Part shown: piece by piece, positions 1 through 12,590 of the stretch
Layout of the letters: every line of letters begins with the position of its first letter
Position numbering within the stretch: position 1 is the first letter of the stretch
DNA from: Felis catus
Taxonomy: Eukaryota
Reading direction: 5' to 3'
Assembly: GCF_018350175.1 (NCBI RefSeq)
Contig: NC_058368.1
Span: 31,746,001 to 31,810,000, forward strand
Length of the DNA: 64,000 bases
Made by a program: the position numbers and the translations under genes
Notes under the pieces: generated by a model
Seen by the model: the letters and a program-made list of their open reading frames with translations, nothing else
Told to the model about the DNA's origin: nothing
Databases searched by the model: none

Positions 1-1237
1 CAATTTCATGTCTATAACAAACAATTAGAAATTAAAATAATAATACCATTTAAATAGTGTCAAAATATGAACCATTTAAGGGGAAATGACAACATATTGG
101 CAAGGCTTTTACACTTAGAACTATAAAATGCTGCTGAAAGAAATTAAAGATGAACTATATAATGGAGGGTTATAGCACATTCAAAGGTCAGAAAATTCAT
201 TATTGCTAGGATGTCAAGTCTTTCTAAATTGAAATATAGATTTAATGCAATACCAAACAAATCCTAGGAGTCTTTTTTTTTCTTTTAGAAATTGATAAAC
301 TGATTCTAAAATTTCATGGAAACAAAGGTCATGATACAGCCTAAAAAATTAAAAAAAAACACATTTAGATAACTACCTGGTCTTAGGAATTATTTTAAAG
401 TAACAGTAATGAAGACAATGCAGCTTTGATGTCAAACAAATAGGTCATTGAAACAAAAAGAAGGTCCGAAAAATAGACACACACAATAAGAACAATGGAG
501 TTTTGGAAAAGGTGCAAAGGCAATGTAGGGGAAAAAGGATGTAACTTTCAACAAATGATTCTGAAACAATTGTATATCTTCTACAAAAATTAAAATTAAT
601 TAAATTCATGCACAAAGACTCAAAATTCATTATAAATCTGAATGAAAATAAAGAAAATATAGCAAAAAAATTTTTATGACTTGGGATGTACAAAGATTTC
701 TTAGATACAATACCAAAAGCATGCTGAAAAGAAAAAAAAATGATAAATGAGCCTTCAACCAAATTAAGAAGTTCTGTTCTTTGAAAGAGAATGATAAAAC
801 ACACCACAAACTAACAGATACTATTTGCAATTCTTACATTTGATAAGTATTTGTATCCAAAACATATAAATTCTTTCAAAACTCAGTAAGAAACAACTCC
901 ATTAAAAATGGGCAAAAAATTGGACCAATACTTCACCAAAGAAGGTATACAGATAAGCACATGAAACAGTATTCAGCATTGCTAGTGATTATGAGTATAC
1001 TAATTAAATCCAAAATAAAATTCCAACACACAACCATTAGAATAGCTGAAATTAAAAACATTAACCATGCAATGTGTTGGAAAGGGTGTGGAGAAACTAG
1101 AAGTCTCCTAAACTGTTGACCAGAATACATGATCCAAACTGCTTGAAAGCCAGTTTAGAAATTGCCTAAAAAGTTCATGTACAGCTAGCTAGTCCATGAT
1201 CCTATCATTCTATATATCCATACAAAGACTGGTGCAT

Positions 1238-1423
1238 TTAGGGTTTTGTCCTCTGTTTCGTTGAGTTTAACTTTTTTTTTAAGTTTCCATGTATAAGTGA
1301 TACCATGCAGTATTTGTCATCCTCTATCTGGCTTATTTTACTTAGCATAATGGGCTCCGGGTTCATCCGTGTTGTCACAAATGGTAGGATTTCTTTCTTT
1401 CTAATAATTGAATAATATCCCAT

Positions 1424-1464
<41 letters not shown>

Positions 1465-1500
1465 TGTTATATATCATATACATATACATATATATGTGTG

Positions 1501-1531
<31 letters not shown>

Positions 1532-1786
1532 CCTTCTTTCTAATAGTTGAATATCTCATGGTATGTGTATATATATACACATATCACATCTCCTTTATCC
1601 ATTCATCAGTTGACAGAAACTTAGGTCCTTCCCATATCTTTCTTGGTTAATGTGAATAATGCTGCAATGAACATGAAATTGCAGACATCTCTTTGATATA
1701 GTGTTTTCATTTCCTTTGGGTAAACACTTTAAATATTTTTCAGTTTTATGTGTCAATTATACTTCAGTGAAGCTGAAAAAGAAAAA
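1238..1786. mobile_element. L1MA-like 3' fragment with an inverted 5' part (minus 1238-1724, plus 1725-1786 with A tail); contains (TG)n/(TA)n microsatellites
   Basis: Minus ORF 1238..1489 reads MGYYSIIRKKEILPFVTTRMNPEPIMLSKISQ, the ORF2 C-terminus. It is followed directly by a sense-strand terminus TGTCAATTATACTTCAGTGAAGCTG-AAAAAGAAAAA. Confidence 0.75.
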
Positions 1787-2195
1787 CACCTTTATTTGTA
1801 GTAGCCCCAAACTAGAAACAACTGAAATGTCCGCCAATGGGTAAAGAACTATGTTATATCTGTACAATGGAATACCATTCTGCAATAAAAAGGAATATAA
1901 ATATACATTACAACATAGATGAATCTGTATCAATTACATTGAGGGAAACAAACACACACACACAAAGAACTGATACTGTACAGTTCCACTTATTTAAATT
2001 ATACAAAATGTTTACTAATCTATAGGGACAGAACTCATGTAAGTGATTGCCATAGGATACGGTTGGGAGAATGCTGGGTGGAGGGGAATTATAAAGGAGA
2101 ATTTATGACTGATTGAACTATTCGTTATCTTAATTGTGGTGATGGTTTCATGGATAAAAATACGTATTTCAAACCATATACACTTTAAATATGTG

Positions 2196-2800
2196 ATTTC
2201 TACCCTCTGACCCAGCAATTGAACCACTAAGTATTTACCCAAGCATACAAAAATACTGATTTAAAGGAGGCAAAGGTACCACGATGTTTATAGAAGCATT
2301 ATTAATAATAGCTAAATTATGGAAAGGGCCAAGTGTCCACTGACTGATGAATGGATAAAGAATATGTGAGATATATATATATATATATATATATAATGGA
2401 ATATTACTCGGCCATCAAAAAGAATGAAATTTTGCTATTTGCAATGACATGGATGGGGCTAGAAAGTTTTATGCTAAGCAAAATAAGTCAGAGAAAGACA
2501 AATACCATATGGTTTCACTCATATGTGGAATTTAAGAAACAAAATAAATGAACATAGGGGAAGGGGGAAAAAAGAGAGGGAAGCAACCATAAGAGACTCT
2601 TAACTATGGAGAACAAACTGAGGGTGGCTGCAGGGGAGGGGAGTGGAGGATGTGTTAAATGTGTGATGAGTATTAAGGAGGCACTTGTGTTGAACACAGG
2701 ATGTCATATGTAAGTGATGAATCACTAAATTCTACTCCTGAAACCAATATTATACTATATGTTAACTAACTAGAATTTAAATAAAAATTAAAAAAAGAAA
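2196..2800 (+). mobile_element. Carnivore L1 3' end (5'-truncated)
   Basis: ORF2 C-terminal peptide MEYYSAIKKNEILLFAMTWMGLESFMLSKISQ, a carnivore-type 3'UTR, AATAAA plus A tail, and an imperfect TSD TAAATATGTG/TAAGTATGTG. Confidence 0.9.
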
Positions 2801-3632
2801 ACATATAAGTATGTGCAGTTTAATGTCTACTAGTTATCCCTCAATGAAACTTACTTCTTTTCTGAGTAATCTCATCAGCAGTGCCTCCACCCCCACACCC
2901 CCCCCCCCAAAAAAAATTCCCAGTCAAACAAGAAAAGCTTCTATAGGACTTGAGAAGTCGTTCCTGTCTCTCAAGGCAGAAAGATGTGTAGGGCTGAGGG
3001 AATAGAAGGGGAGAGTGGGTTGAGTCAGTTATGGATCTCAGGCTGGAGAGGAACAGTGCTCCAAAAGAGATCTTAATAATTCTACTTTGTAACTTCTTTT
3101 TAAGAGAATGATTTTGTGAGCTAGGATTTGTTTCATTTGTTTAAGTCATTTTTTTCTATGCCTTAAAGAACCCTTTGGGCTTTAGGTTGTCCTATTGTCA
3201 TTCAGTGACATTTTTACACCTGGCATCCAACCAGGGCCTGTTCAGGAACTAGTGGGAACTGGGTCAGAACAGCAATGCCAAAGTGCTGCTTGTTGTATGA
3301 GATAAACCCTTGCTCTTCCTAAGCCCTCACCTTGAAAAACATAGGTTGGCTTTTCTTCTATTATAACCTTTTAGAAATCATGTTCGTTTTCTTTTTAGTG
3401 TTTATTTCAAATTGTTGTTATCTAAATACAAATACAGCATGAAAAGAATGTAATCATCCAGCATAATTTGTACCTCCAGCTAAGACACAATTATGAATCT
3501 CTTTGTGAGTCTGAAGCATATGTGCATTGCTTAGGATATTTTCTTTATTTTATTAGGAACCATTAATTATCCACATTGTGTTTTGTCACCCTCAGTAAAT
3601 ATCCTATCAAAACGTGCTTCTGTTTAATATTG

Positions 3633-3634
<2 letters not shown>

Positions 3635-3671
<37 letters not shown>

Positions 3672-3676
3672 CACAC
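3635..3676. repeat. (CA)n microsatellite
   Basis: Read directly from the sequence. Confidence 0.95.
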
Positions 3677-4232
3677 TTTTCATACATGTTACAAAAGTAA
3701 GGTTTCATAGTACAGTTTAGTATTACAATTACAAGATTTCACACTACTGTTCAGTATTGCAAAATAAGCTATGTATTTTTTTCAGGTACTGATAAGTATG
3801 TGTAAGTCACTTATTTCAATGGGAAATTTATCATCTGTGGTACATGGGAAAGATATTGTGGGGAAAAAAGACATAAAAAAGAAAAAACAAAATAAAAGAT
3901 TGTAGAGACCCAGGAATTTTAATAATTGGAAATTTGACTTGCTGTTTAAAGAATGGGGAAAAGTAAGCATGAGTTAACAGCTAATGAGTCTATAAATGTA
4001 TTTATGTTACTGTAGACTAATATGAACATGCAATTAATGAGAAAAAATAGTTGTGGCCATTGATGTTTTAGAGCCATTAAAATGAAGTCACTACATTGAA
4101 AAAAGAAATGTTTTTTTTTCCTTTTGTTTTTCTTGCAAAGATACACAAATGCAAAAGGAACAAATCTTAATGGATAATACCAGAGCTAATAGGAGAGAAT
4201 TGCTCACTGTAATTGCTACAATATGCTTTTTT

Positions 4233-4453
4233 CAAAAAATTCTTTTTTAAATTTTAGAGAGAGAGAGCAAGGGCATGTGTGCATGTGTGGGGAGGAGGTG
4301 CAGAGAGAGAGAGAGAGGGAGAGAGAGAATCCCAAGCAGGCTTCAGGCTCAGTTCCAAGCCTGATGTAGGCCTGGATCCCACAACCCTGGGAACATGACC
4401 TGAGCTGAATTCAAGAGTTTGTCGCTTAAAGGACTGAACCATCCAGGCACCCA
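4233..4453 (-). mobile_element. Can-SINE (older subfamily)
   Basis: T-rich tail, (GA)n tract, GAATCCCAAGCAGGCT...ATGACCTGAGCTGAA...CCAGGCACCC. Confidence 0.92.
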
Positions 4454-4719
4454 TAGAGTATGCATTTTTAATGATGTTTGAATCTGAAGAAACACATATC
4501 CATACACATAACATTATTGTAATTTAACATTCCTAAAGAGTATGTGTTTATCATCTAACTAATCTTAATCCAAAGTCAATCACATATTCTATAAAACTGT
4601 GTTTTTATCTACACTATTTACATTGGATGCTTCCAGATTTTTAGTAATAACAAATAATTAGTTATCTATCTTTTCTTATTTTTTTCTGTTTATGTAATAG
4701 AGGTAGATAAAAGAATTCA

Positions 4720-5130
4720 TTTTAAAAAGGAACAAATGAACACAAAAATGGATAATATTTTATTAATGGAACAATTTATTTACAAAAGCCCAGATAACAA
4801 AGGACAATATATAAAAAGAAAAAAAATGTTGGGCATTAGCAAAAAAAAAATACAAATTAGATCATTGAGATATTTTCATTATTTAATATTTTTAAATGTT
4901 ATTATTTGAATAAGCAAAGAGAGCAGATAAATCACCCATCTCAGTACTGCTAGTAAGACTATAGTTTAGTTCCCCTGTTTAGAAAGTCAATTTGGAAATA
5001 AGTACAGTGCTTTTTTGTAACACAATCTCATTTTTCTAAGAAATTTCCTTTTATGAAAAACTCCCATGTAAAAAGAGCAATTGGGTAAAAAGAGGTTAAG
5101 AAATAGAGTTTGGGACTTTTTAGTTCCTAA
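4720..5130 (+). mobile_element. Highly decayed L1M fragment
   Basis: A-rich sequence resembling the ORF2 3' region (AAAAATGGATAA...TACAAATTAGATCATTGAGATATTTTCA). Confidence 0.45.
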
Positions 5131-6181
5131 CCACTTTCTCTCCAGTGAAACTATTATTTTTATTTTTTTTATAATACAATATAACAAGCACAGTTATTTT
5201 TCTTCTAGGAATTTCAACAATAAATGTATTTTCAATATTTATTGTATATTTCTCTTTATAATTCTGAACACCACTGATCAAATCCTCAGTTTAAAAACAT
5301 TTTCATTTTTATTCAAACCTATCATTTCCTATCATCACCAGTATTATCATTGGCAAGGCAATTAATACTCATCCTTAAGACCTTAATACTCTTTCTCCCA
5401 AATGGTTACTATACACAATATATGCTGTGGGCAATTGTTTTGTGACAATGTTAGTTTCTGATGATTACAGGATCTAGGCTATGTTTGTGTGTTAAATAGT
5501 AATTATAGTACTTAACTTTAAAGTAGACTTATAGTCTACTTTATTATGAAAACTTACTGTATAGGAGAAAGTCTATAGCGAATGTTTTTACACTGTTCAT
5601 GTATTTGGTTTCATTGCTTCCAAGTTTTTTCCTAAAGATATCATCAGCTATGTACACAGAAAGTTTATTATAAATTTAATTAATACATTCAGAAATAACT
5701 GTTGAGCACAATTTTCCTATGCTTGATATAGAGAAAATAAAAATTGGCAAATCTTTAAGAAAAGACGGGTTAAAGTTATGATGTATGATACAATATAAAA
5801 GGATATTATAGTCATTATATTTTGTTTCATGTGAAATATTTTCATATAATAAATGTTGGCAACATACTGAAATAAAAATTAGGCCTCAACATATAGAAAT
5901 AATTTATAGAATTCTGTAATATATATTTATTTGCATATTTATAGTTTTGCATAATTGTATCAATAGATATTTGAAACAATTACATAAAAAGAGTGAAATA
6001 ATTTATACAAAATGTTAATTGAACAGTGATTATAAATTGATTATGAGTTATAGAAAATATGCACTCGTTATGCTTTTCTAACATTTTCCAAATATTTTGT
6101 GGTAGGCACATAGCAATTAGAAAAATTATACATATACCATATGTATACATGCACACACACACATACAAATACACACAAACA

Positions 6182-6505
6182 CAGTTGACCCTTGAACAAC
6201 ACAGGTTTGAATTGGGTGGATCCAGTCATGTGGATTTATTACAGTATAGCATTGTAAATATATATTCTCTTCCTTATGATTTTCTTAATAAAATTTTCTT
6301 TTCTCTAGCTTACTATATTCTAAGAAAACAGTATATAATACATTTAACATAGAATATATGTGTTATTGACTGCTTATGTTATTTTAAGGCCTCTGGTCTA
6401 CAGTAGGCTATTAGTAGTTAAGTTTTGGGGGAGTCAAAAGCTACACATGGATTTTCTACTGTGCAGGGGGCTGGTGCCCCTTATCCCTGCATTAAGGTTC
6501 AACTG
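6182..6505. mobile_element. Tigger2a/MER8-like non-autonomous TcMar-Tigger DNA transposon
   Basis: TIRs CAGTTGACCCTTGAACAACAC ... TAAGGTTCAACTG followed by TA. The internal sequence is typical of Tigger2 derivatives. Confidence 0.9.
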
Positions 6506-7020
6506 TAAATAATATTGGGCAATGAACTCCCTCAAAAAAAGCTAAAACTCCATTTAGGATGAAGCCACATATAATTTTAGTTTATGTCCTCTAACTCATC
6601 AGCAAATATTTATGTGGAGTACATTATAGTTTGATAGAATATAAAACTAAAGTTTCTTTTCTTACTATTTGCTATTTTGACAATATAGTGGGCTTCAGTT
6701 TCATTTTATTTTTCATTGACAACCTAATCTTTCCACAAATCATTAACCTGTTCATTAAAAATCTTCCCTAAACAAAATTTTTCCCAGACTCAGAGCTTCT
6801 GCATAGGCTTCTGTGCCTTCCTGGCATACTCTTCATTCCCTCATCTTGAATAATTCACACTCATTCTTCAAATTCCTATTTAAATATCTCCTCCTTACAC
6901 TTTATGATAAAATAAATCAGACCTCCTTCATTATAATTTCTTTAACTTGTATAACATTTGTAATGTTCAATAATTATAAATTTAGTCATATTATCGTTTA
7001 TTTTTTTAATGCATTAGGCA

Positions 7021-7277
7021 TTTATTTTATTTTTTTAAGGTTTATTTATTTTTAGAGAGAGAGGGAGCACTTTTGTACGCATGTAGAAGCAGGGGAGGGG
7101 TGGGAGGAGTGGGGGGCAGGGTGGGGGAGAGAGAGAGAGAAAGAGGAAGAATACCCAGCAGGCTTCATGCTGTCAGCACAGAGCCAGATGCAGGGCTTGA
7201 TCCCACGAACTGTGAGATCATGACCTGAGTTGAATGAAATCCAGGGTCGGATGTTTAACTGAGCCACCAGCCGCCCC
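7021..7277 (-). mobile_element. Can-SINE
   Basis: TTTATTTATTTTTAGAGAGAG...GCTGTCAGCACAGAGCC...GAGATCATGACCTGAG...GAGCCACC. Confidence 0.92.
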
Positions 7278-7324
7278 ACGTTTATTTAATTTCTATCCAC
7301 TGCTACTAGACAGTTCATTTTGTA

Positions 7325-8035
7325 TTTTCATTTATTCATTCATTCAATCGGTCAACCAAAAAAAAATGAGTTTTTACTAAGTTCTAGACAGAGATGTAGG
7401 AATTACAGATTCCTCAGGAAACAAAGCTGATGATGTTCCTACCCTCATGGAATGTAGTTCTAGAGAAGAAACAGAAAGGAAGAAATATGTATGTATGTAT
7501 GTAACTCCATTCAGTGGTAAGTGCCCTGGAAAAGTGAGGAAGAGTATGGGGATGAAGACTGATGAAAAGAATGGGTTTCTGTTATCTCAGGGAAAGGCCA
7601 GGGAAAGATCACAAGAATGATGACACCAGGGCAAAAATCAGAATGAATGATGGAATGCAAAGATATGTGGGAAGAGAGTTCCAGGCAAAGAACTACACTT
7701 TTGAAGGCCTTAACAAAAGAATGTTTTTGGAAAATATTAAGAACTGCAAGATCAATGTCATTAAAGCAGAGTAAGTCAGAAAGAGTGGTCTGAGATGAAG
7801 GCAGAGAAGTAGAAAGTGGTCAGATCATGTAAGGTCTATGCTGGCCATGGCTACAGCTTTGGATTTTAGTCTGAATTATGACGGGAAATAATTGGAAGGC
7901 TTTGGGGTGGAAACGACAGAATCTGGTTTAACTATTAAAAGCTCATTCTAGTTTTCATATGGAAAACATTTAGAGAGTTCAAATGGGAACCAGCTAAGCT
8001 AAATGGCTATTTTAGTTGTCTTCCCAAGAGATGGT
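7325..8035 (-). mobile_element. L2 3' fragment
   Basis: Starts with TTCATTCATTCA (reverse complement of the L2 tail). Contains CCTACCCTCATGGAATGTAGTTCTAG and a purine-rich L2 body. Opposite-strand L2 remnants flank it (about 6790-7315 and 8040-8122). Confidence 0.75.
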
Positions 8036-9546
8036 TCTACACTGACACATATCAGGTCCTATTAGAGTGGATAGATATTGTTGGGACTCAATTCAATAAT
8101 ATTTTTTCTGAATGAACAAATGCAAAAACAAAATGAATTTATATATCTATATACCTATATCATCTATATATCTGGTCTAGTCTACATCTAGTTCTTTCTT
8201 TTTTGACAATTTGTGAGGACATTTTAGGGAAGTGTTCTAAGGACAGATTACATAGAGTTTTGCCAGTTTCAGCTATTGACCATTTTTATTCTCCATATCA
8301 CCTAGTGCAGAAATCTATCAAGAAAAGCATAAGGCCATTGACAGTTCTTATTGACTTTTCATGCCCTGTGACTTAATGTACAAAAATCATTAATAGGCTA
8401 AACTCTAAGAACTTAATATTGACATGACAATTTTACTGAACTGTACCTAAAATCTTCCAGAATATTCAGAATCAGGATGAAGAGTCCCAGGTTGAATCAA
8501 GTAATAATTTCCAACATGCAGATCATGGATTCTATTCCCAGCCATCCACAAGGCTTTACACTTTTCTTCTGCCCAGCAGCTTCTCCCAGTTTTGCTTATT
8601 GCCTCGCTTTCTTGTTTAATGTGATAAAAGATATATATAAAATATAAAATTATATATATATGCATATATATGTAGTTTTACATATAATCTTATATAATGA
8701 TAATGTTTTTTTCTGTCACCATCTACCAAAAACCTAAATAGGCAATTCCCTCTGCTATGTAATTATAGAGTAAATAGTCAATGCCATCACTTTGAAATAT
8801 GTTCTCTAATATTTAATTAACAAAATGAAAAACAGCCATGGAGAAAATCAGCTCTTTAGTTATATAGGACTATATTTTTCAAACAATTCCTTTAAATGTT
8901 TCACCAATGTTAAAAGATGGTTTTATTTGGACTGTGAAAGAGCTTATGGCTCAATTCATGGACATTTGAAAACTCTTGCTATTTTCAAATATTTTACATT
9001 TCCATGACTTGGTGAATTAGAAGAATCAATGGACAAAAATGACAAGAATCCAGTATCAACAATAGTTTTCTATAAGTCTTGATAACACATACTTGGAGAT
9101 TTTTTTCAGCCTAATAATTTTATTACCAGTCTCCCTGGAAACCAATATTGGGCCCTTATTTATCTATTCTTTGTGGATGGAAGACAGTAGCAAATTTTGG
9201 AAAACATTTATTTAATTATGGCATTTCTTTGACTCAACTTGATGCAAAAGTGCATTTTCTATTCAAATGATCTCTATTTTAGAATCCTCAATCTCCAAAA
9301 GAAAATGGTAGTTCTCTCCCTACTCAACTGACTTTTAAGAGTCAGCTTAAGAGTAGACAGGCTGCCTGTAATTCAGTCCTTTCTCAGAGTGGTCACCTCA
9401 AAATTACTGCCACTAATAACATTAAGTTGAAAAACTAAAATGGATGGAGGATTCCTGAGAGATCTACATTCTAACTGTAGGTGGTTGAATGTCTACCATT
9501 GAACAAAGCCAGAAGAAAAACATTTCTATTACTGCACTTTTCAATG

Positions 9547-9548
<2 letters not shown>

Positions 9549-9598
<50 letters not shown>
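9549..9598. repeat. (TTA)n trinucleotide microsatellite, about 16 units
   Basis: Read directly from the sequence. Confidence 0.95.
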
Positions 9599-10285
9599 TT
9601 ACAGAAGACCAGCACTGAGGGGCAGTATAAAAAAAGCAATGGAGCTCCTATTTACCATAAGAGCATTCTGTATGAAGTCTTATGATAAAATTTCACTCTG
9701 AACTCAGACTTAGAAAGAGTTGTGCTTCTAAGCAATGTGTCGTTTTTATCTTATATACTGTGTGACTCATTACCACTCTTATATTTCCCTTGTTTAATGA
9801 CAGAGAAAGCATTTAGGCAACTGTGTCTTGCCATTTGTCAGGCCCACATAGTAAGAACACATAGCATTCACTTGAAGCATTTAGCTTCCCTTTAGCTTCA
9901 TCTTTGACTGATTAGAAATTATATGGCATTTTTGGCTAATATCAGTAACCTCTGACAGTGAGAGATCAGAAGAGATTTGGGGGACAATGTCTGGCTATAG
10001 AACAGAGATCTGTGCTCTCTTTCCCTAGTAGAAATTATACTGATCTACATTTCCTATCTCCTAGTATTTCTTGGGGGCCATGGGAGTGTATCTAGGATAA
10101 TAAATTGTGGGCAGAAATCTGCTGTTGTTAAGACTGAACCAAATGTGATTCCTCTTCTTTTCTCTTCTTCTAAGTGCCAGCTGTATATTGAAACTCAGGA
10201 TGATTTTGTGAGCTACATGTGGAAGATAGCATATTTTCTGCCATATTGGGTCCCTGAATGACTATACTGAACAAAGCCACTGCTT

Positions 10286-10510
10286 GCTTTCTTTAAAAAA
10301 AAAAAATAATGCTTATTTTTGACAGAGAGAAAGAGCCAGAGCATGAGTTGGGGAGGGGCAGAGAGAGAGAGGGAAACACAGAATCCAAAGCAGGCTCCAG
10401 GCTCTGAGCTGTCAGCAAAGAGCCTGATGTGGGACTTGAACTTGGGAATAGTGAGATCATGACCTATGCTGAAGTTGGATGCTTAACTGACTGAGCCACC
10501 CATGCATCCC
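10286..10510 (-). mobile_element. Can-SINE (felid type) inside the MaLR LTR
   Basis: Canonical SINE body; TSD CCACTGCTT at 10277-10285 and 10512-10520. Confidence 0.93.
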
Positions 10511-11049
10511 ACCACTGCTTTGTCTTTACCACCACACCAATTGATATTTACAATAGCAAATACCAACCATTGTAACAAACCACTGAAGTTTTAGGGCATA
10601 TTTGTACCATCAAATTACCTTAATTGTATTAATTTGTCACTTAATTGGGATACTGCTATTTCCAAAAACTGCCCCATGTTATCTAGTGGCAAAATATTTG
10701 GGAAAGCTGACCAAGATTACTTGGGAAGCAGAATGTGTCTACTGAGACCAAATCTCTTTTGGAATAATTGAAAAGCAGGAAATCAGTGTCTGTTGATTGT
10801 TACTGGTAGTATTTAGCAAAATGTTTGAAAAAAGAGATGTGCTTAAGAAAAGATCAGCTGGTTTGCAAGCCAAAATAAATCAAAATAGAAAACTACCCAG
10901 AAATTTGGAGACTTGCAAAATGGGAAATTCCGGTATTCAGTAATTCTAATCTCCAGAGTCAATTATGAGTATGAAAGCTACAAGGCCCAGTAAGACTCAG
11001 TCTTGTGGCAAAAATTTTTAAATGTGATGATTCTTGATTTCCTTTTTTG

Positions 11050-12590
11050 GGATCCACATGTGGGAGCTTGGAAGTCACCAGTCCATCCAACAACAACTAA
11101 AATAATGAACAAGCTGAAACAACTCTTCTTGGATCAATGAGAGGGGGGAGGACACAGGGTAAACCACTTCTCCCAACATTCTGCTTGTTGTTCAAACAAC
11201 AAATTTGTTTGTTACCATCAGATCCCAAGCAGAATCATGACGGGGAAATTTGAACTGTAACTGACCAAATATGGAGGCCTAGCGTGGACAACTCTGAAAG
11301 TTAAAAACTACACGGAAACCAAGTCATAAGGGTCCCAACAATACTGTGAGATTTACCTTGAGGAGCACGACTAGATTCCCACAGTAAATATTTGAGAAAA
11401 ATATTCTGCTTCTGTCGGGGGAAGTGGAAAGAAACCACTGTTTTAATTTTTTTTTTCAACATTTATTTATTTTTGGGACAGAGAGAGACAGAGCGTGAAC
11501 AGGGGAGGGGCAGAGAGAGAGGGAGACACAGAATCAGAAACAGGCTCCAGGCTCTGAGCCATCAGCCCAGAGCCCGACGCGGGGCTCGAACTCACGGACC
11601 GCGAGATCGCGACCTGGCCGAAGTCGGACACTTAACCGACTGCGCCACCCAGGCACCCTGAAACCATTGTTAAATATGTCAGACCAGTCTGTTCTTAACA
11701 ATTTCTGCCCTTGGGAGAAATAATTAAGCAGAATGTAACCTACCTGGGTATTATCAAAGCCTAACTTACCTGGGTGAAGGGAAATAACCAACTCCAGTTC
11801 ATTCTAGCAATGCTGTTTTACCATAGTGGGAAAAAAATACCGAGAAACACTTGTGAAGTTCACAGTCTAGAAGCACAGGCTGACTACAAGACTGAGACCT
11901 AGACATCAGACTGTAGAACCCTGATCCTCCCCCACACACTTTGCCACTATTTACAGCAATTCCTTTTGCCCAGAACATCATGTTTGACTGTCAAGAGGGC
12001 AAAAAGCACAGCTCAAAACACTGAAAACTGAAGAGCAAACAGAACAAAGACAAAAAAAAAAAAAAAAAAAAAACATACCCAAGAACTATGGGACAACTAC
12101 AAAAATTATAGCATATGTATTGTGGGAATGTCAGAAGGAGAAGGCAAAAAGAAAGGAGCAGAAGAAACATTTGAGACAATAATGACTGAGGGTTTTCCAA
12201 AGTTACCGTCAGATACCAATATAGGTCCTGGAAGCTCAAAGAACAACAAGCAGAATAAATGCCCCCCAAAAAACAAAACAAACAATAAACCAAAAAGTGT
12301 CCAAAACCTGCACGGAGGCAAATCATTTCCAAACTATAGAAAATAAAAGAAAAAGAAAGAAACCAGAGGGAAAAAAACCACTTTACCTGTAAAGGAACAC
12401 AAGTAAGAATAACATCTGATTTTTCCTTGTAAGCCATGCAGGCAAAAAAGAGAGTAGAATGAAGTATTTAAAATAGTGAGAGAAAACAAAAACAAAAACA
12501 AGAACACTAATCTAGAATTCTGTACCCTGTAAAATCATGCTTAAAAATTAAGGAGAGATATACTTTCTCAAACAAAGAAAACATGTTTTT
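11050..12590 (+). mobile_element. Old L1 5'UTR plus partial ORF1 fragment (L1M4/L1MD-like)
   Basis: ORF 12122..12346 reads GMSEGEGKKKGAEETFETIMTEGFPKL, resembling L1 ORF1p. It is followed by AGAATAACATCTGATTTTTCC and CTAGAATTCTGTACCCTGTAAAA, typical of the ORF1 C-terminal region. Confidence 0.75.
11447..11658 (-). mobile_element. Young felid SINEC_Fc
   Basis: Near-consensus body (CAGAGCCCGACGCGGGGCTCGAACTCACGGACCGCGAGATC) with about 14 CpGs retained. Flanks GAAACCACTGTT/GAAACCATTGTT. Confidence 0.97.

Larger units (their letters stand above)
1..2832 (+). mobile_element. Old L1 (L1MB/L1MC-like): ORF2 3' half and 3'UTR, interrupted by two younger L1 insertions
   Basis: Degenerate ORF2 motifs (e.g. 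ACTACCTGGTCTTAGGAATTATT...AAAGTAACAGTAATGAAGACA; ATGGAATACCATTCTGCAATAAAAAGGAAT). The 3'UTR ends about 2830 and no long ORF remains. Confidence 0.8.

Noticed and set aside
445..1130. Minus-strand ORFs of 65-120 aa
   Set aside because: Antisense frames of decayed L1 ORF2, with hydrophobic composition caused by T-richness.
9489..9701. ORF with a poly-Leu stretch resembling a signal peptide or TM segment
   Set aside because: Translation of the (TTA)n microsatellite.
11991..12437. 148-aa minus-strand ORF
   Set aside because: Antisense to the L1 ORF1 fragment; no independent coding evidence.
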